Origin: Octopus sinensis
Taxonomy: Eukaryota
Assembly: GCF_006345805.1 (NCBI RefSeq)
Contig: NC_042999.1
Location: 71,486,001 to 71,550,000, forward strand
DNA: 64,000 nucleotides
Direction: 5' to 3'
The translations under genes and the position numbers were made by a program. The notes below the pieces were generated by a model, which was not told where the DNA came from, searched no databases, and saw only the letters and a program-made list of their open reading frames with translations. Shown here piece after piece: positions 12,543 to 25,149 of the stretch. The number at the start of each line of letters is the position of its first letter. Position 1 is the stretch's first letter.

Positions 12543-13170
12543 AAGGCGCCGAGCATCAAAATCGCTAGCGCGTAGTACAAAATGTTTAACGGAATTTTTT
12601 CTGGTTTTTAATTTCTGAGTTCAAATGTAGCCGATGTCAACTTTTCGTTCTTTTGAGGTGGACAAAACAAGTACCAATTGAACACTTGGTTCGATGTAAT
12701 TGCGTAGCCTCTTCTCCCAAAATTTCTGGCATTGTGCATTCTCTTTTATTCTTTTACTTGTTTCAGTCATTTGACTGCGGCCATGTTGGAGCACCGCCTT
12801 TAGTCGAGCAAATCGACCCCGGTACTTATTCTTTGTAAGCCCAGTACTTATTCTATCGGTCTCTTTTGCCGAACCGCTAAGTGACGGGGACGTAAACACA
12901 CCAGCATCGGTTGTCAAGCAATGCTAGGGGGACAACCACAGACACACAAACACATACACACACACACACATATATACATATATACGACAGGCATCTTTCA
13001 GTTTACGTCTACCAAAACCACTCACAAGGCATTGATCGGCCAGGGTCTATAGCATAAGACACTTGCCCAAGATGCCACGCAGTGGGACTGAACCCGGAAC
13101 CATGTGGTTGGTTAGCAAGCAACTTACCACACAGCCACTCCTGCGTATAGTGTAGAAAGGATTATTATTA
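12543..13170 (+). mobile_element. Older SINE family 2 copy interrupted in its tail by a family 3 SINE
   Basis: The tail CCCAAAATTTCTGGCATTGTGC stops at about 12737 and resumes as TATAGTGTAGAAAGGATTATT at about 13146. Confidence 0.7.
12741..13146 (-). mobile_element. tRNA-derived SINE (family 3), full length and well preserved
   Basis: Sense head GCAGGAGTGGCTGTGTGGTAAG...GGTTCCGGGTTCAGTCCC (A/B boxes), then TTGGGCAAGTGTCTT. The 3' end is ...CAGTCAAATGACTGAAACAAGTAAAAG. Confidence 0.9.
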
Positions 13171-13559
13171 ACCGCGAACATACACACACGCGCTCACAGA
13201 TACACATATAGAAATATATACTGAAAAATCAGTAGGTACATATTCTTCTCTGAGTAATATTTTCTCCGTTATCAATAAAAGTGCAGACGTTACTTTCACA
13301 TAGAATAGTAAACATATACAAGGGTTTAACAGTTGTCAAAACGGTGAATTATTATTGCAGACACAATATGACATTTTAAAGTCTCAAATACTCATCTCAG
13401 TTGAAATTAACTTAATGGCTGTAGCAATTTCCTCCTAAAAAGGAAATATGACGAAGAAAGAAAGATGGACATAATTTAAATATTGTCAGTTTCTAGAGAC
13501 ACTTAATGAAGACATAATAAAAATTTATTACAAACTCTGGAACTTATCCAGGTGTGAAT

Positions 13560-14030
13560 GCAATAAAGAACAACAGAAACGTAATGAAGAAGGAACTTAT
13601 ACTATCTGTCCAGCATCTGACAACAACGATAAAATTGTAATTTGCAAGAGCGATAGCAGCAATTTGTTTGTTGTTAGAAACAAAGGTGATACGTTACAAA
13701 ACTCAACAGCTATGCGATAACAGGAAAATCATAAATATTTAAGATACAACACCGCAGTACTAAAATCTAAATTCAGTAAATTATTCACATCTGTAAATGC
13801 TCAAAAGGGTTGACATTCCTTTCCAATGCACAGAGGGGAAGACTAAATATATGTCTCTATAGCACTGTAAAGATACAGAGGCAAACTAACCCTTCTTGAC
13901 ATATAATCTTCTAAATAAAAACTCCAACTTGAAACAACGCTCAACAACTTGATAGCATCATAAAGTAATAGCACGATATAAAATATGCACATTCTGATGA
14001 GTTCATTGAACCTTTAATATGAACACACTA
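13560..14030 (+). mobile_element. Decayed Penelope-like RT N-terminal fragment
   Basis: NNDKIVICKSDSSNLFVVRNKGD resembles the PLE motif IVI..ADKGN..V. LYSTVKIQRQTNP resembles .YG.PK.HK..NPLRPI. Many stops. Confidence 0.6.
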
Positions 14031-14036
14031 AGTTGG

Positions 14037-14160
14037 CAGGCGCCTTTGACATTCATCCTTTCGGGGTCGATACATTAAGTACCGGTTGCGTACTGGAGTC
14101 GATCTAGTCGACTGGCCCCTTCCCCCAAAAGTCGAGCCTTATGCCTAGAGTAGAAAAGAA
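14037..14160 (+). mobile_element. SINE family 2, 3' half
   Basis: CATTCATCCTTTCGGGGTCGATA core and GGCCCCTTCCCCC...GCCTAGAGTAGAAAAG tail. Confidence 0.8.
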
Positions 14161-15916
14161 AATTTACACCGAGGGTGTGGAAAATATTTCAGCCAATGTT
14201 CTTGTAGCAGAAAGGTTAAACATAATATTTGGTTGGGCATGTATGTTTTCATTTACATATGTATATGCGTACGTACGAACGTATGTATGTATACATGCTT
14301 ACACGCACACACACACACACACACACGCACACACACACACACGCACACACACACACACACTGAAACATAAAGGCCAAGTGCTCTCGACTCAGGTGAGGAC
14401 ACTAATCTGGAGCGGGGATATAGCTTTATACCTAGGTATCCTGGATTGCATAAAAAAAGGACCACATGTCTGATTAGCATAAACTTTTCTCTCTCCAGAA
14501 CTAGTATAACGGTCTCTCCTCACTGAAAGCTGGATGGAATGGCGTTACATCCGGTGAAGCATTCGCGAACCACTCGTATCTCCTTCTCTCATCACTTTCA
14601 TTGTGTCCAGCTTCCCAGAGTCAACAATAACCGTGAATACATTTGTTTTTATTCCAGGATGTAAGCGTTCTGAGATTCCCTTCTGGTTCATGACTTTTTG
14701 GCTTTTGTTCAACAATACGGTTAGCATAATTTTTAATATGTTCTTTTAAGCTGATCTCAGTAAATCCAGCTGTTATCCAGCGTATTGACCTGAGGTTCTT
14801 AAGCTCATTTCATCGAAATAATAATGTCAAACTTAATTCAGATTTAATCTCATTTAAATTATATGTCTATTATTTTCAACGATATTTGTATTTAATATTA
14901 TTTTTATTTATTATACTCAAGCTGGGCGTTAAGATAATTGATTCATATAAGAACAAATATTGCTAATCTAGAGTTTGTAGTTGGTTAAATATAAAAGCTT
15001 TATCATGTAAAATTCTAAAAGATTTTTGGAAGTTTTCTATATAAATAGATGGGGAAATTACATTGTTTATTGAAGTGTTGTTGCTCTACGCCGTATCACT
15101 TGCATTTTATGCACATATGGTAATGTTTTCATATGATATGAACCCTTTCATGTATGAAGTATATTTACTCTGCTTAATTACACTAACACTACGTACTTAG
15201 GGAAATATAATTTAAATGGAATATTTTTTTTAACAAAATATTTCTGGCCATCTTTTCTTTTAAGAAAGTATTTTCAAATTAAAACAGATTTTCTTTAATG
15301 TTTATGTTACTAAAATGATCTCCACTTAAATTGTTTTAAATGTTAGAGCCATTATTCCAAAATAGCTTAGTTTTCCCTCTGCAATGAAAATTTCTTCAAG
15401 TTTTCAACAATAATATCGCTATTAAACATTACGGTTTTTTGCAAAATTTTAGGGACAACGTAGCCATAAATTTAGAAGCCATTAGTATACTCCTCATACA
15501 TATAGCATATATTAAACTTTACCCATAAATTCTGTTTATCATTTATTGTTTTCTGCATATCATTCCATTATACATCCTTTTCCGACTTTACATTTTCCGT
15601 CACACTTTACACGACGCGCCTGTGAAAATTAATTTTTATGATGATTTGGTGAACAAAAAAACAAAAAACAAAACAAAACAAAAAAAGACAAAGCTTCATT
15701 TTACTAAAGAAGTCTTGTTAAGTGAGCTGTTCACAAGTAGATGAAAATTTATAAGATGGAGAAACGTTTTTTACTGTTATATTTTCCATTTCTTAATATG
15801 TACGGGTGTGTACAAACACATAAACGCAAGTATATGATTGTATGCTTGGGAATAGATAATTATGGCATGTATACATGGAATAGCAGGTATACATACATGT
15901 ATGTATGTACGTAGGT

Positions 15917-15952
<36 letters not shown>

Positions 15953-16300
15953 TATGATGGTATGATATGTATATATATATATATGTTATGGTATGCATAC
16001 ATATATGTATGTATGTTCGTTTGAGTTGGCGAAGATACTCGTGAAACACACACACACACACACACGAACACGAACACACACAACGGATTTCTTTCAGTTT
16101 CCGTCTACGAAATCCACTCACAAAATTTTGGTCGGTCTGAGGACACTTGTGGCATGTCGTTGACATGCAAACTTCTTACCACAAAACTACACTTGCGCCT
16201 ACATTATATATGTATAAGAGTTCTGCTTGTGTGCCGCGAGTATATGTGCATAAATATATGTGAGTGCTTAATAAACATACATACATACATATTTATATAA

Positions 16301-16350
<50 letters not shown>

Positions 16351-16409
16351 TATATAATATATTATATATATATATAATATATATATATATATATACATAT
16401 ATATAGATG

Positions 16410-16490
16410 TATATATATTGTTCCCCGTCCTGCGTTGCTGTGTTTTTTTCTCTTCTTTTTTTCTGTGTTTTCTTGTTTGGATTAACTTTA
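16410..16490 (+). repeat. 3' piece of PLE-terminal-like repeat family B
   Basis: TTGTTCCCCGTCCTGCGTTGCTGTG...GTTTGGATTAACT-(TA)n matches 60595-60650 and 60830-60885. A shorter piece lies at about 5318-5345. Confidence 0.7.
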
Positions 16491-18152
16491 TATATATATA
16501 TATAATATGTAAAAAAAAATTCAAAAAATGACAAGAACTCAAAACATTTAGAAGACCATACAAAAAACACGGACGGGACATTCGAAGTCTTCAATCTTCA
16601 GTCAAGAACCGGATCATCCTCGCAATTTCGGCTGATTAATCTTGAGATTGCTCCAATCTGGCCAGCCCTAAGGAAAATCTAAGCTAAGCGCATTAGATTA
16701 TTTGGAAGAATGCTTCGAATGTATACAAAACAAAGACGGAAAAACGGACTATGTTACACGAATATGAATACAAAAATACGTAAAAACAATAATGATAATA
16801 ATAATAACAAAAACAGGACGTCACAAACAGGCGTCTTTCGACAAGACGAGTAATATGTATGTATGTATGTATGTATGTTGTATGTATATATATATATATT
16901 ATATATATTATATATATATATATTATATAATATATATATATTATAATATATATATATTATTATATATTATATATATATATATATATGTCTGTCTCTGTGT
17001 GTATGCACAGTATGATTGAACCCGGTACTATGTGTTTGGGATACTTACCACACAGCCACACCTACCAGATTGGTGTTTTAGCGATCTGACAAGAGTAATG
17101 ATATACAGAACTGTACGACATGTGATATAGAGTACATGTCATGAACTACTAACCTCGAGAAGGAAATAACCGTAATCTTTATTTCAAACAGTAAGCTTAC
17201 ATCCCATCACATTTTATGAAATTCCACACAAATATATGATATTTAACACACACACACACACAGGAGCATACACTCAACCACACATGTGCCAGCACTTTGA
17301 TGTTCTTTATTATCTCTATGACCTCGAGAAATTCAATAGTATTTTTCCCTTTCCCTCTTCCTGCTTACTTCCAATCGCTGACCTTCAACCTTTTATCTCT
17401 GAATTTCTAATTTTACTCTTTCCTTGAAATAGCAGCATACCAAATAGAATCGTATAGTAAACGGGTCTTGGTCGGTTTCTATAATGACTATTTAGTTCTT
17501 TGATGAATTAAACTTACAGCTCATTAAATTATCGTGCAAGTGGCTGAGTATTCCACAGACTTGTACACCCGTATATCAGTGTGATGCAACCTGGAAAGGC
17601 TAGGCTTGAAATGAAAATACAGTCCATCCGACGCAGTTGTACAATTTCCATTTGCCCTGTTTCTATCCACGCCGTTTCACTGGAGACGCCTGGAACAATC
17701 TGAGTGTAAGGTGAATGATATTTACTGAAGATACCATGCACTGGGATCGAATCAAGAATATTGTTATTTCGAAACGAACTTTTTAACCATTCCAGTTTCT
17801 AAACCCAGATTATAAACTAACATTTATAACAATAATAATTGGTGTGCTTGGCTTTTTGAGTAAATACACAAGTGACAATTTGGATAAATTAGGGTTTTCA
17901 AAAAAAGAAGTCAACTAAGGAATTTACACTTCACAAATACAATCTGTAAGTGGAACAATATAAACATGGAAGACTGAAATGTGACATTGGTTTTGTTATC
18001 CATATTCCAAAGAGGGAGCTTTGTATCTTTATTAGAAACCAGCTTCTTCCTCAAAAGAAGAATTTAAATAATTAAAAACAGAACAGAATATATATGTATA
18101 TATTACATACACACAAACACATACATATATGCATGAATACATACATACGTAC

Positions 18153-18208
<56 letters not shown>

Positions 18209-18252
18209 TATATATATATATACATATATATATACATATATATATATATACG

Positions 18253-18639
18253 TACTAGCAGTATCGCCCGGCGTTGCTCAGGTTTGTAAGGGAAATAACT
18301 ATAAAGCATTTCAGAGAGTTATAGCCAAAAAATAGCAAAAAAATGGAAAAAAATGATGGCAAATTTTTTTTGAGAGTTAAAAAAGGATAAAGTTGCGTCC
18401 CCTAGACAGTTTGTGGTTCGTATTTCTGATTCTCGATCCCATGTCGAATTTATCGATTTTTTTCAGAACTGGGGGAACTTTTCAAAATTTTCGCTGCGTT
18501 AGTTTTGAATTATGACATTGGGCTATGTGTGTGTCAAGTTTCATCAGAATCGGTTGAAAGCCGTGGTCAGGGTGAGGGTACAAGCAAACAGACACACAGA
18601 AACACGCACAGACAAACTGCCGTTTATATATAGAGAGAT
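18253..18639 (+). mobile_element. Non-autonomous Helitron-derived element (DINE-1/HINE-like)
   Basis: Starts TACTAGCAGTATCGCCCGGCGTTGC, has an AAGTTTCATCAGAATCGG core and a CAGACA-type microsatellite near the end, and terminates TTTATATATAGAGAGAT. Confidence 0.65.
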
Positions 18640-18793
18640 ATATGTAATTTTTGGACTAATGAGTATATGGCAATTAGTGTGTTTGATGTGTTGTGTAAAG
18701 TACTAGCTCAGTTTGGGCTATCCACAATTGGTGTCATCCACAATTGGGGTATATTTCCGACTTCAGAAATTGCGCAGTGCTAGTTGAGGTAAT

Positions 18794-18930
18794 AATCGAT
18801 TAAGGAAAGCAGAAGATGGATTTGGTATTAGTTTTACTCCGTATGACAATTGTTGACGGTCGCAGGATGGGCCGAAACGATAGTCGTACGGATTAATACC
18901 AAATCTACCTCCTGTTTTCCTTAATCGATT
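18794..18930. repeat. 137-bp near-perfect palindrome (hairpin)
   Basis: AATCGATTAAGGAAA...GATTTGGTATTA pairs with TAATACCAAATC...TTTCCTTAATCGATT. The inner TCCGTATGAC/GTCGTACGGA stem continues toward an about 8-nt loop. Confidence 0.85.
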
Positions 18931-18945
18931 GTGTGTATATATATT

Positions 18946-19034
<89 letters not shown>

Positions 19035-19037
<3 letters not shown>

Positions 19038-19135
19038 GTTAATCCAAACATGAAAACACAAAGAGAAAACACAACAACGCGAGGACGTGGAACAAGTATA
19101 GTGTTATTGGATGCTCAGGAAAGAAGGGAAGACGG
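19035..19135 (-). repeat. PLE-terminal-like repeat family B, 3' part
   Basis: Reverse complement of the 60570-60650 segment (AGTTAATCCAAAC...ACAACGCGAGGACGTGGAACAA...GCTCAGGAAAGAAGG). Confidence 0.75.
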
Positions 19136-19771
19136 TTCACACGCGGTCACATTTCGAACTTATATGTATATATAAATGAACAGGAGGCAAACAGAAGGTC
19201 TGTAATTCTTCATCAGTTATCGACCGTTCGGTTTTACTTTCAGTACACGTTACGTCGTTTTTGTACACATTTTTTGATTTATCAAGTAAAGGAATGCAAC
19301 ACACCGAATTTATACATATATATTGCGATAAAATAAATTATTATCGCTGGTATATTCTATATATATATATATATGTATGTATTATGTGTTGAAAATTTTA
19401 TTTATACCAATTCTAACCCTTATTTCAACCACCATTTTTAATATTCTGTTAAACATTTTAAACTCAACAATTTAAACTAATGATGAAATTACTAAATACA
19501 CATATAACCACACATATATGCACACCGATACATATACGCAACATGTAGGCACTCGCGCGCGCAAGCACAAGCCTTTGCATTACCCTAGGACGTACTAGTA
19601 GTCATGAAACAGAATTATAGAATTCATTCAATAAATACTTCAAGAAACTTTAAGTTCCAAATTTTTTATTCAAAATCACTACAAAAGTGTAAACTAAGCA
19701 AAATACAAAAACTAAGCACACATTAGCAAACCCGTTCACAAACGCTTTCACATTCATACACAAAACCTGTT

Positions 19772-19814
<43 letters not shown>

Positions 19815-20118
19815 CCGTTTAGAGAAATATAAACATACACAAACATACGGACATATTTACATTTAAAAATCTCAAACAAATACAAATACACTTATAAATC
19901 TTTTATAGAAATATATTGAATATATTTTAAATGTATCTTAAGAAACATAAAACTAAAATCTTTATTTAATTCACTATAATAAATTTGCCTTGTATTTTTC
20001 GAACCCACACAAATACATAACTTAATACTCTGTCACACAAACACACGAGCTTACGACAGATTAAGCAAAAAATATACTCAGCCACGAATGCGAGGCGGAT
20101 AGTACACAAGTGAACAAA

Positions 20119-20173
20119 TGCGCATGCGCAGAAATAATCGTATATGAAAGTAAATTTTAAACAAACCCCCGCC
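20119..20173. promoter_or_regulatory. Candidate promoter motifs: NRF1-type palindrome plus GC box
   Basis: Perfect TGCGCATGCGCA at 20119-20130 and CCCCGCC near 20167-20173, in unique CpG-containing sequence. Motif match only. Confidence 0.35.
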
Positions 20174-20439
20174 AAGGCAACACCAAAGTCCTCTCAACGA
20201 TTAGGCAGAAATGATTTTTAAAATGAGAATATCTGAAATAAATTCAGATATAAAGCCCTTCACTCCAACATTTGAGCTGTTATAAAGGTAGCATGTTATG
20301 CGTCCAGTGAGAAGTCCCGATCTCATTGTTAACATAAGCTAGGCTTCCTACTCTACTCTTGAAAAGTGATACTTAGCTTATTTTGGCGATGGGAGCGACA
20401 TATTACATCATGCACATAGTTACATATGGATATGATTAT

Positions 20440-20489
<50 letters not shown>

Positions 20490-20509
20490 AATATTAATTA
20501 ATATTATAT

Positions 20510-20552
<43 letters not shown>

Positions 20553-21567
20553 AAAGAAAACAGAATATGCAGATACAATTAATGGATAACAGTTGATCTA
20601 CGTCAGTTATTGTTTACTAATTAATTACAAAAAGACAGAATCTCGACTTACATCTGTTTTTGTTAGCATGATTCTCAGTTCTAACCGCCACAATAATAGT
20701 AATGACAGTTATCATTGTAGGTAATTAGTTATACCAAACTGAATCACGAACATTCATCATAGCGGAAAAGTAGGTAAAATAAGAGTAAAACGAAAGAAGA
20801 AAAAGGGGTAAGTGAGAATTTGGATAATCAATTGGACCTACATGCTGACCCACTGCGAAACTTTCGTCCGACTGGAATTTAGAAATACAATAAAGGGCAG
20901 TTATAATATTAACCGGTGCATTCCTATACACCGCGGGGAAGGCGTGGAATAGATGTATAGAAAATGAGCAATTAAGTAATGTCGAAAAATAAAGTGAAAA
21001 GTAAGGACGATAATAGAAATACCGGTAGTTATAGAATTCTGTTCTTTCGCCACTGGAAAACAGCTTTTCCAGCTAGTTACCGACACACAGCCTGTGTCCG
21101 TATAACATGAGCAAGGAAGTTTATCGCTTCCATCTCTAGCCTTTGTGATACTCACAAACCTAGGTTTCGGGGTTGCTTCCTGTCTTCGGTGTGAGATAAT
21201 CACAGGCTAGTGATGGGGGCTTATAAGACTTGCTCACACTATATACGTTTTAAGCGACACACAGTTGCTGATCTCGTAAAGAGAAAAACAAATACATTTA
21301 AATCTTAGTACCGAATAGTAAAGTTTATTTGCCAACAGAATGTGGCAGTCCTAAAAAGGACGATGTTACTGCTTTGTAGCCCCAGCACAACATCTTTTCC
21401 AGCTGGCTATCGACACACAGTTTGTGTCCTTATAGCATGAGCAAAGGAATGTATCGCTCCTATCTCTAGCCTTCGTGATACTCCCAGAGCTAAGTTATAT
21501 ATTTACACGTATTCATACATATTTCTATATAGGTATATAAATATATACATATATGTAAATATGTGTA

Positions 21568-21678
<111 letters not shown>

Positions 21679-21689
21679 ATATTTGTCCA

Positions 21690-24489
21690 TGATTCATTCT
21701 CAACAGAAGCTATGAACATATTTTCCAATGGATACTGCGAAGCAGTCGCTGTATTCAGTCAAACCAACAACTTAACAGTAGTTGGGCTCTACAGACCACC
21801 CCAAACGCCCCTACCATGCTTCAAGGAATGCCTCAACAGCATAAAGTGTTTCATTCAGCAGTGTCAACCTGACAACATTTTAATGATGGGAGACTTCAAC
21901 CTTCCCGGGGTTGACTGGTCTACAAACAGTCTGCCGCCAGGTTCTTCTCTCTCAACCCCTGACAGGGAGGCAGTGGAATCGCTTCTTGACTTCATGGATG
22001 ACTTCTTCTTGTCCCAACTGGTACTCGAACCAACGAGATGTCACAAAAACGTCTTAGACTTAATTTTCAGCAATCACACTGATACTATCCACAATATTGC
22101 AGTGGAGAAAACCCTACTCTCCGACCATGACATGGTTCTCTGTGATCTGAGATTTCACTGGCCAAAATGCAAAACAAATGTCATCCCTCCTGTTCATCCA
22201 TTTGACACTATGGATTTCCACAATGCAAACTGGGAAGCGATCAATAATGATCTTGCACAAGTCGATTGGTCCTTCACGCATACATACACACTCACTAACA
22301 TCAAAAAGTCCTGGCAGTCACTTGTAGACACCATCACGAACATATGTGCAAGACACACCCCATTAAGTTCTGCAAACAAATCTAAGTGTCGAATCCCTAG
22401 AAATAGAAAATCTCTCATAAGGAAAATTAAAAGAATCGACAAAAAGATCAACGTGCTGAAATACTGTCAACAGCAACACACCAACCTGACTGCCATCTCG
22501 TCGCTAGAGATTAAAAAACATAAACTCCAAAACAACAAGATGTCTATCATCAATAGTCAGCGAAGAGCTGAAGAGGCCTGGGCCATTGAGAAGATCAAAC
22601 TCAATCCCAAAGTGTTCTTTTCATTTGCAAAAAAACACAGAGTCACTGGTTCTACTGTTGGCCCTCTGATTGATGAAAATGGAACTCTTCAAGACAATGC
22701 CAAAACCATGGGAGAGATATTGCAGAAACAATATTGCTCTGTTTTCAGCAATCCTGATATGACTGATCTGGGCTGTATCAGTGATGTTACTCCCCAATAC
22801 ACTTTATCGGACATAACATTTGGCGCTCCTGATGTCTTAGCAGCAATAAGGGAAATGAAGCATAATTCAGCAGTAGGTCCCGATAGGTCCCTGCTTGTGT
22901 CTTGAAGATGTGTCAAAACCAACTTGCAACCCATCTAGCCAATCTGTGGCGGAACTCACTGGATGCTGGATATATACCAGAAGACCTTCTATCCCAGTCT
23001 GTGTCCCAGTTTTCAAAAAAGGAAACAAATCGCTTGCCGTGAATTACCGTCCAATCTCACTCACCTCTCATATCATCAAGGTATTGAGAGGGTGCTGAGA
23101 TCGCATATGACTCACTTCCTTGAGAGTCATAATATGCTGAACCCCAACCAGCATGGATTCCGTAATGGGAGAGATTGCCTGACGTAGCTACTGCATCATT
23201 TTGATGACCTTTTGAGAGCCTTGGAGAAGGTTCCAACACTGATATCATCTACCTTGATTTCAGCAAGGCCTTTGACAGGTTGATCATAAGATCCTTCTGA
23301 GAAAGCTGTCCAATATTGGTGTTCACTGGAAAGCTGCTGCAGTGGATCAAGTGCTTCCTGTCTAACAGAACCCAACATGTTGTAGTCGAAGGAGTCAAAT
23401 CCAGCCCAGCCAAAGTCAGCAGTGGTGTCCCACAAGGCACTGTGTTGGGCCCACTTCTCTCATCATCTACATAAATGATATTACTGACACCATCAAACAC
23501 AGTAACATCAGAACCTTCGCTGATGATTCCAAGCTCCAGAAGGTCACAATGGCGTGGATGACCGAATAAACCTTCAGTCAGACCTACTGGCTATTGTCCA
23601 ATGGGCGGAAAAGAATAACATGTTGCTAAATGAAGACAAATTCGAACTGATCCACTTTGGAAGGGAGAACGCTCTGAAACTCCCATACTCTCTTCCTTCT
23701 GGAGAAATTCTCATGGCATCCAACAACATCAGAGACCTGGGAGTAACAGTGGACAACAACATAAGCTGGGCTACACATATAAGCAGCAAAGTTGACATAG
23801 CCCGCAGAATGTGTTCCTGGATTCTCAGAACCTTCCAGTCGAGAGATTCCCACGCTATTATCCTTCTCTTCTCCACTTTTGCCCGACCCCACCTTGAATA
23901 CTGCTCTCCACTGTGGTCTCCCTACACAAAACAAAATATTATGAGAATTGAAGCTCCCCAAAGGTCAATCACAAAAAAGATAGATGGCATGTCAGACCTT
24001 GACTACTGGGGTAGACTAGAGAAGCTGAAATTGTATTCACTCCAACGACGCCGTGAACGCTACATTATCTGTATGATGTGGAAAATATTCCATCAGCACT
24101 GTCCGAATGATGTTGGCATCACCTTCAAAATGCATCCAAGGCTTGGACCACGTGCCATCCGTCCACAACAAAAATCTAAATCGCATCACATAACGATAAT
24201 ACGGCACAACTATTTCACCTCAATTGGACCCGCTCTCTTCAACATTACACCAGGACACGTCAAAAAAGAACTGACCACACAAAATTCAAGAAGTCTTTGG
24301 ACAAATTCCTTCAAACAGTACCGGACAAACCACCCACACCCGGATATGTCTCCGCAAACAATAACTCTCTGCTCGAATGGGCCTTGGTGCCCAAATCCTG
24401 AACTGAAAGACTTCGCCAGGTGGTGCTATTAAGTTAGACATGGCCTGGGCCAATACTGGCCAAAACCTTTCTAAGTTATTCTAAGTTAT
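21690..24489 (+). mobile_element. 5'-truncated CR1/L2-group LINE ORF2 (AP endonuclease plus RT), inactivated
   Basis: APE motifs VVGLYRPP, MMGDFNLP, LDLIFSN and SDHD (ORF 21712..22905). RT motifs NYRPISLTSH, QHGFR, SGVPQGTVLGP and FADD are split by frameshifts and stops. C-terminal PHLEYCSPLWSP and LYSLQRRRERY. Tail is (CTAAGTTATT)-like repeats at 24471-24489. Confidence 0.95.
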
Positions 24490-24498
24490 GAGTTTATA

Positions 24499-24703
24499 TA
24501 GGCGCAGGCGTGACTCTGTGGTAAGAAGCTTGCTTCACAACCACTTGCTTCTAGGTTCAGTCTCACTGCATGGCACCTCGGGCACGTGTCTATTACTATA
24601 GCTTCGGACCGACGAAAGTCTTGTGAGTGGATTTGCTAGTTGGAAATATAAGTCCATCGTAATTATATATATATATATATAGTATATATATAATATATAT
24701 ATA

Positions 24704-24735
<32 letters not shown>

Positions 24736-24761
24736 TTAATATATTATATTTATATATATAC

Positions 24762-24796
<35 letters not shown>

Positions 24797-24930
24797 TATA
24801 TTTATTTAATTATTTATATGTATAATCTATGACTGTGTTTATCCCCCGCCTCCAACGCTTGACAACCGTGTTGGTATGTTTATGTCCCTGTAACTTAGTG
24901 GTTCGCAATAGTGATTGATAGAATAAATAC
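24499..24930 (+). mobile_element. SINE family 3, split by a (TA)n expansion
   Basis: Head TAGGCGCAGGCGTGACTCTGTGGTAAG...GGTTCAGTC at 24499-24660. The 3' part (CGCTTGACAACCG...GTAACTTAGTGGTTCG) lies at about 24830-24930. Confidence 0.8.
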
Positions 24931-25113
24931 GTGTGTATGTGTATAAGAGATAGATAGGAAGTTTACAACTGATGAAGGGTTGTTCTCTGTGTTACTTGAC
25001 TTGTTTTCCATTTTTCCTCTCGTTGTTTCCGTATTTAACTCGTTTGTTTTCTTACTTCATGTTTTTTACACAGTTGGTGACGTCCTGTACTCATATATGC
25101 ATATATATATGTG

Positions 25114-25147
<34 letters not shown>

Positions 25148-25149
<2 letters not shown>

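Noticed and set aside
14460-14760. Strong acceptor TTTTCTCTCTCCAG and GC-richer sequence as an exon
   Set aside because: All three plus frames stop shortly after the acceptor, and the minus frames are short with no recognisable homology.
16561-16700. Minus-strand CUGAAGA...GAAUGUC as a hammerhead
   Set aside because: Stem II cannot form a proper loop, GAAA is absent, and no stem I pairing flanks the GUC.
17529-17741. Minus ORF or exon candidate IVPGVSSETAWIETGQ...
   Set aside because: Splice-like flanks are present, but there is no recognisable protein family and the donor is weak.
19185-19225. Minus-strand CUGAUGA-A-GAA...UUC near a family B repeat
   Set aside because: Followed by UGUU rather than GAAA, with no cleavage triplet or stem I.
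24969-24995. CTGATGAAGGG as a hammerhead core
   Set aside because: No downstream GAAA/UH module.
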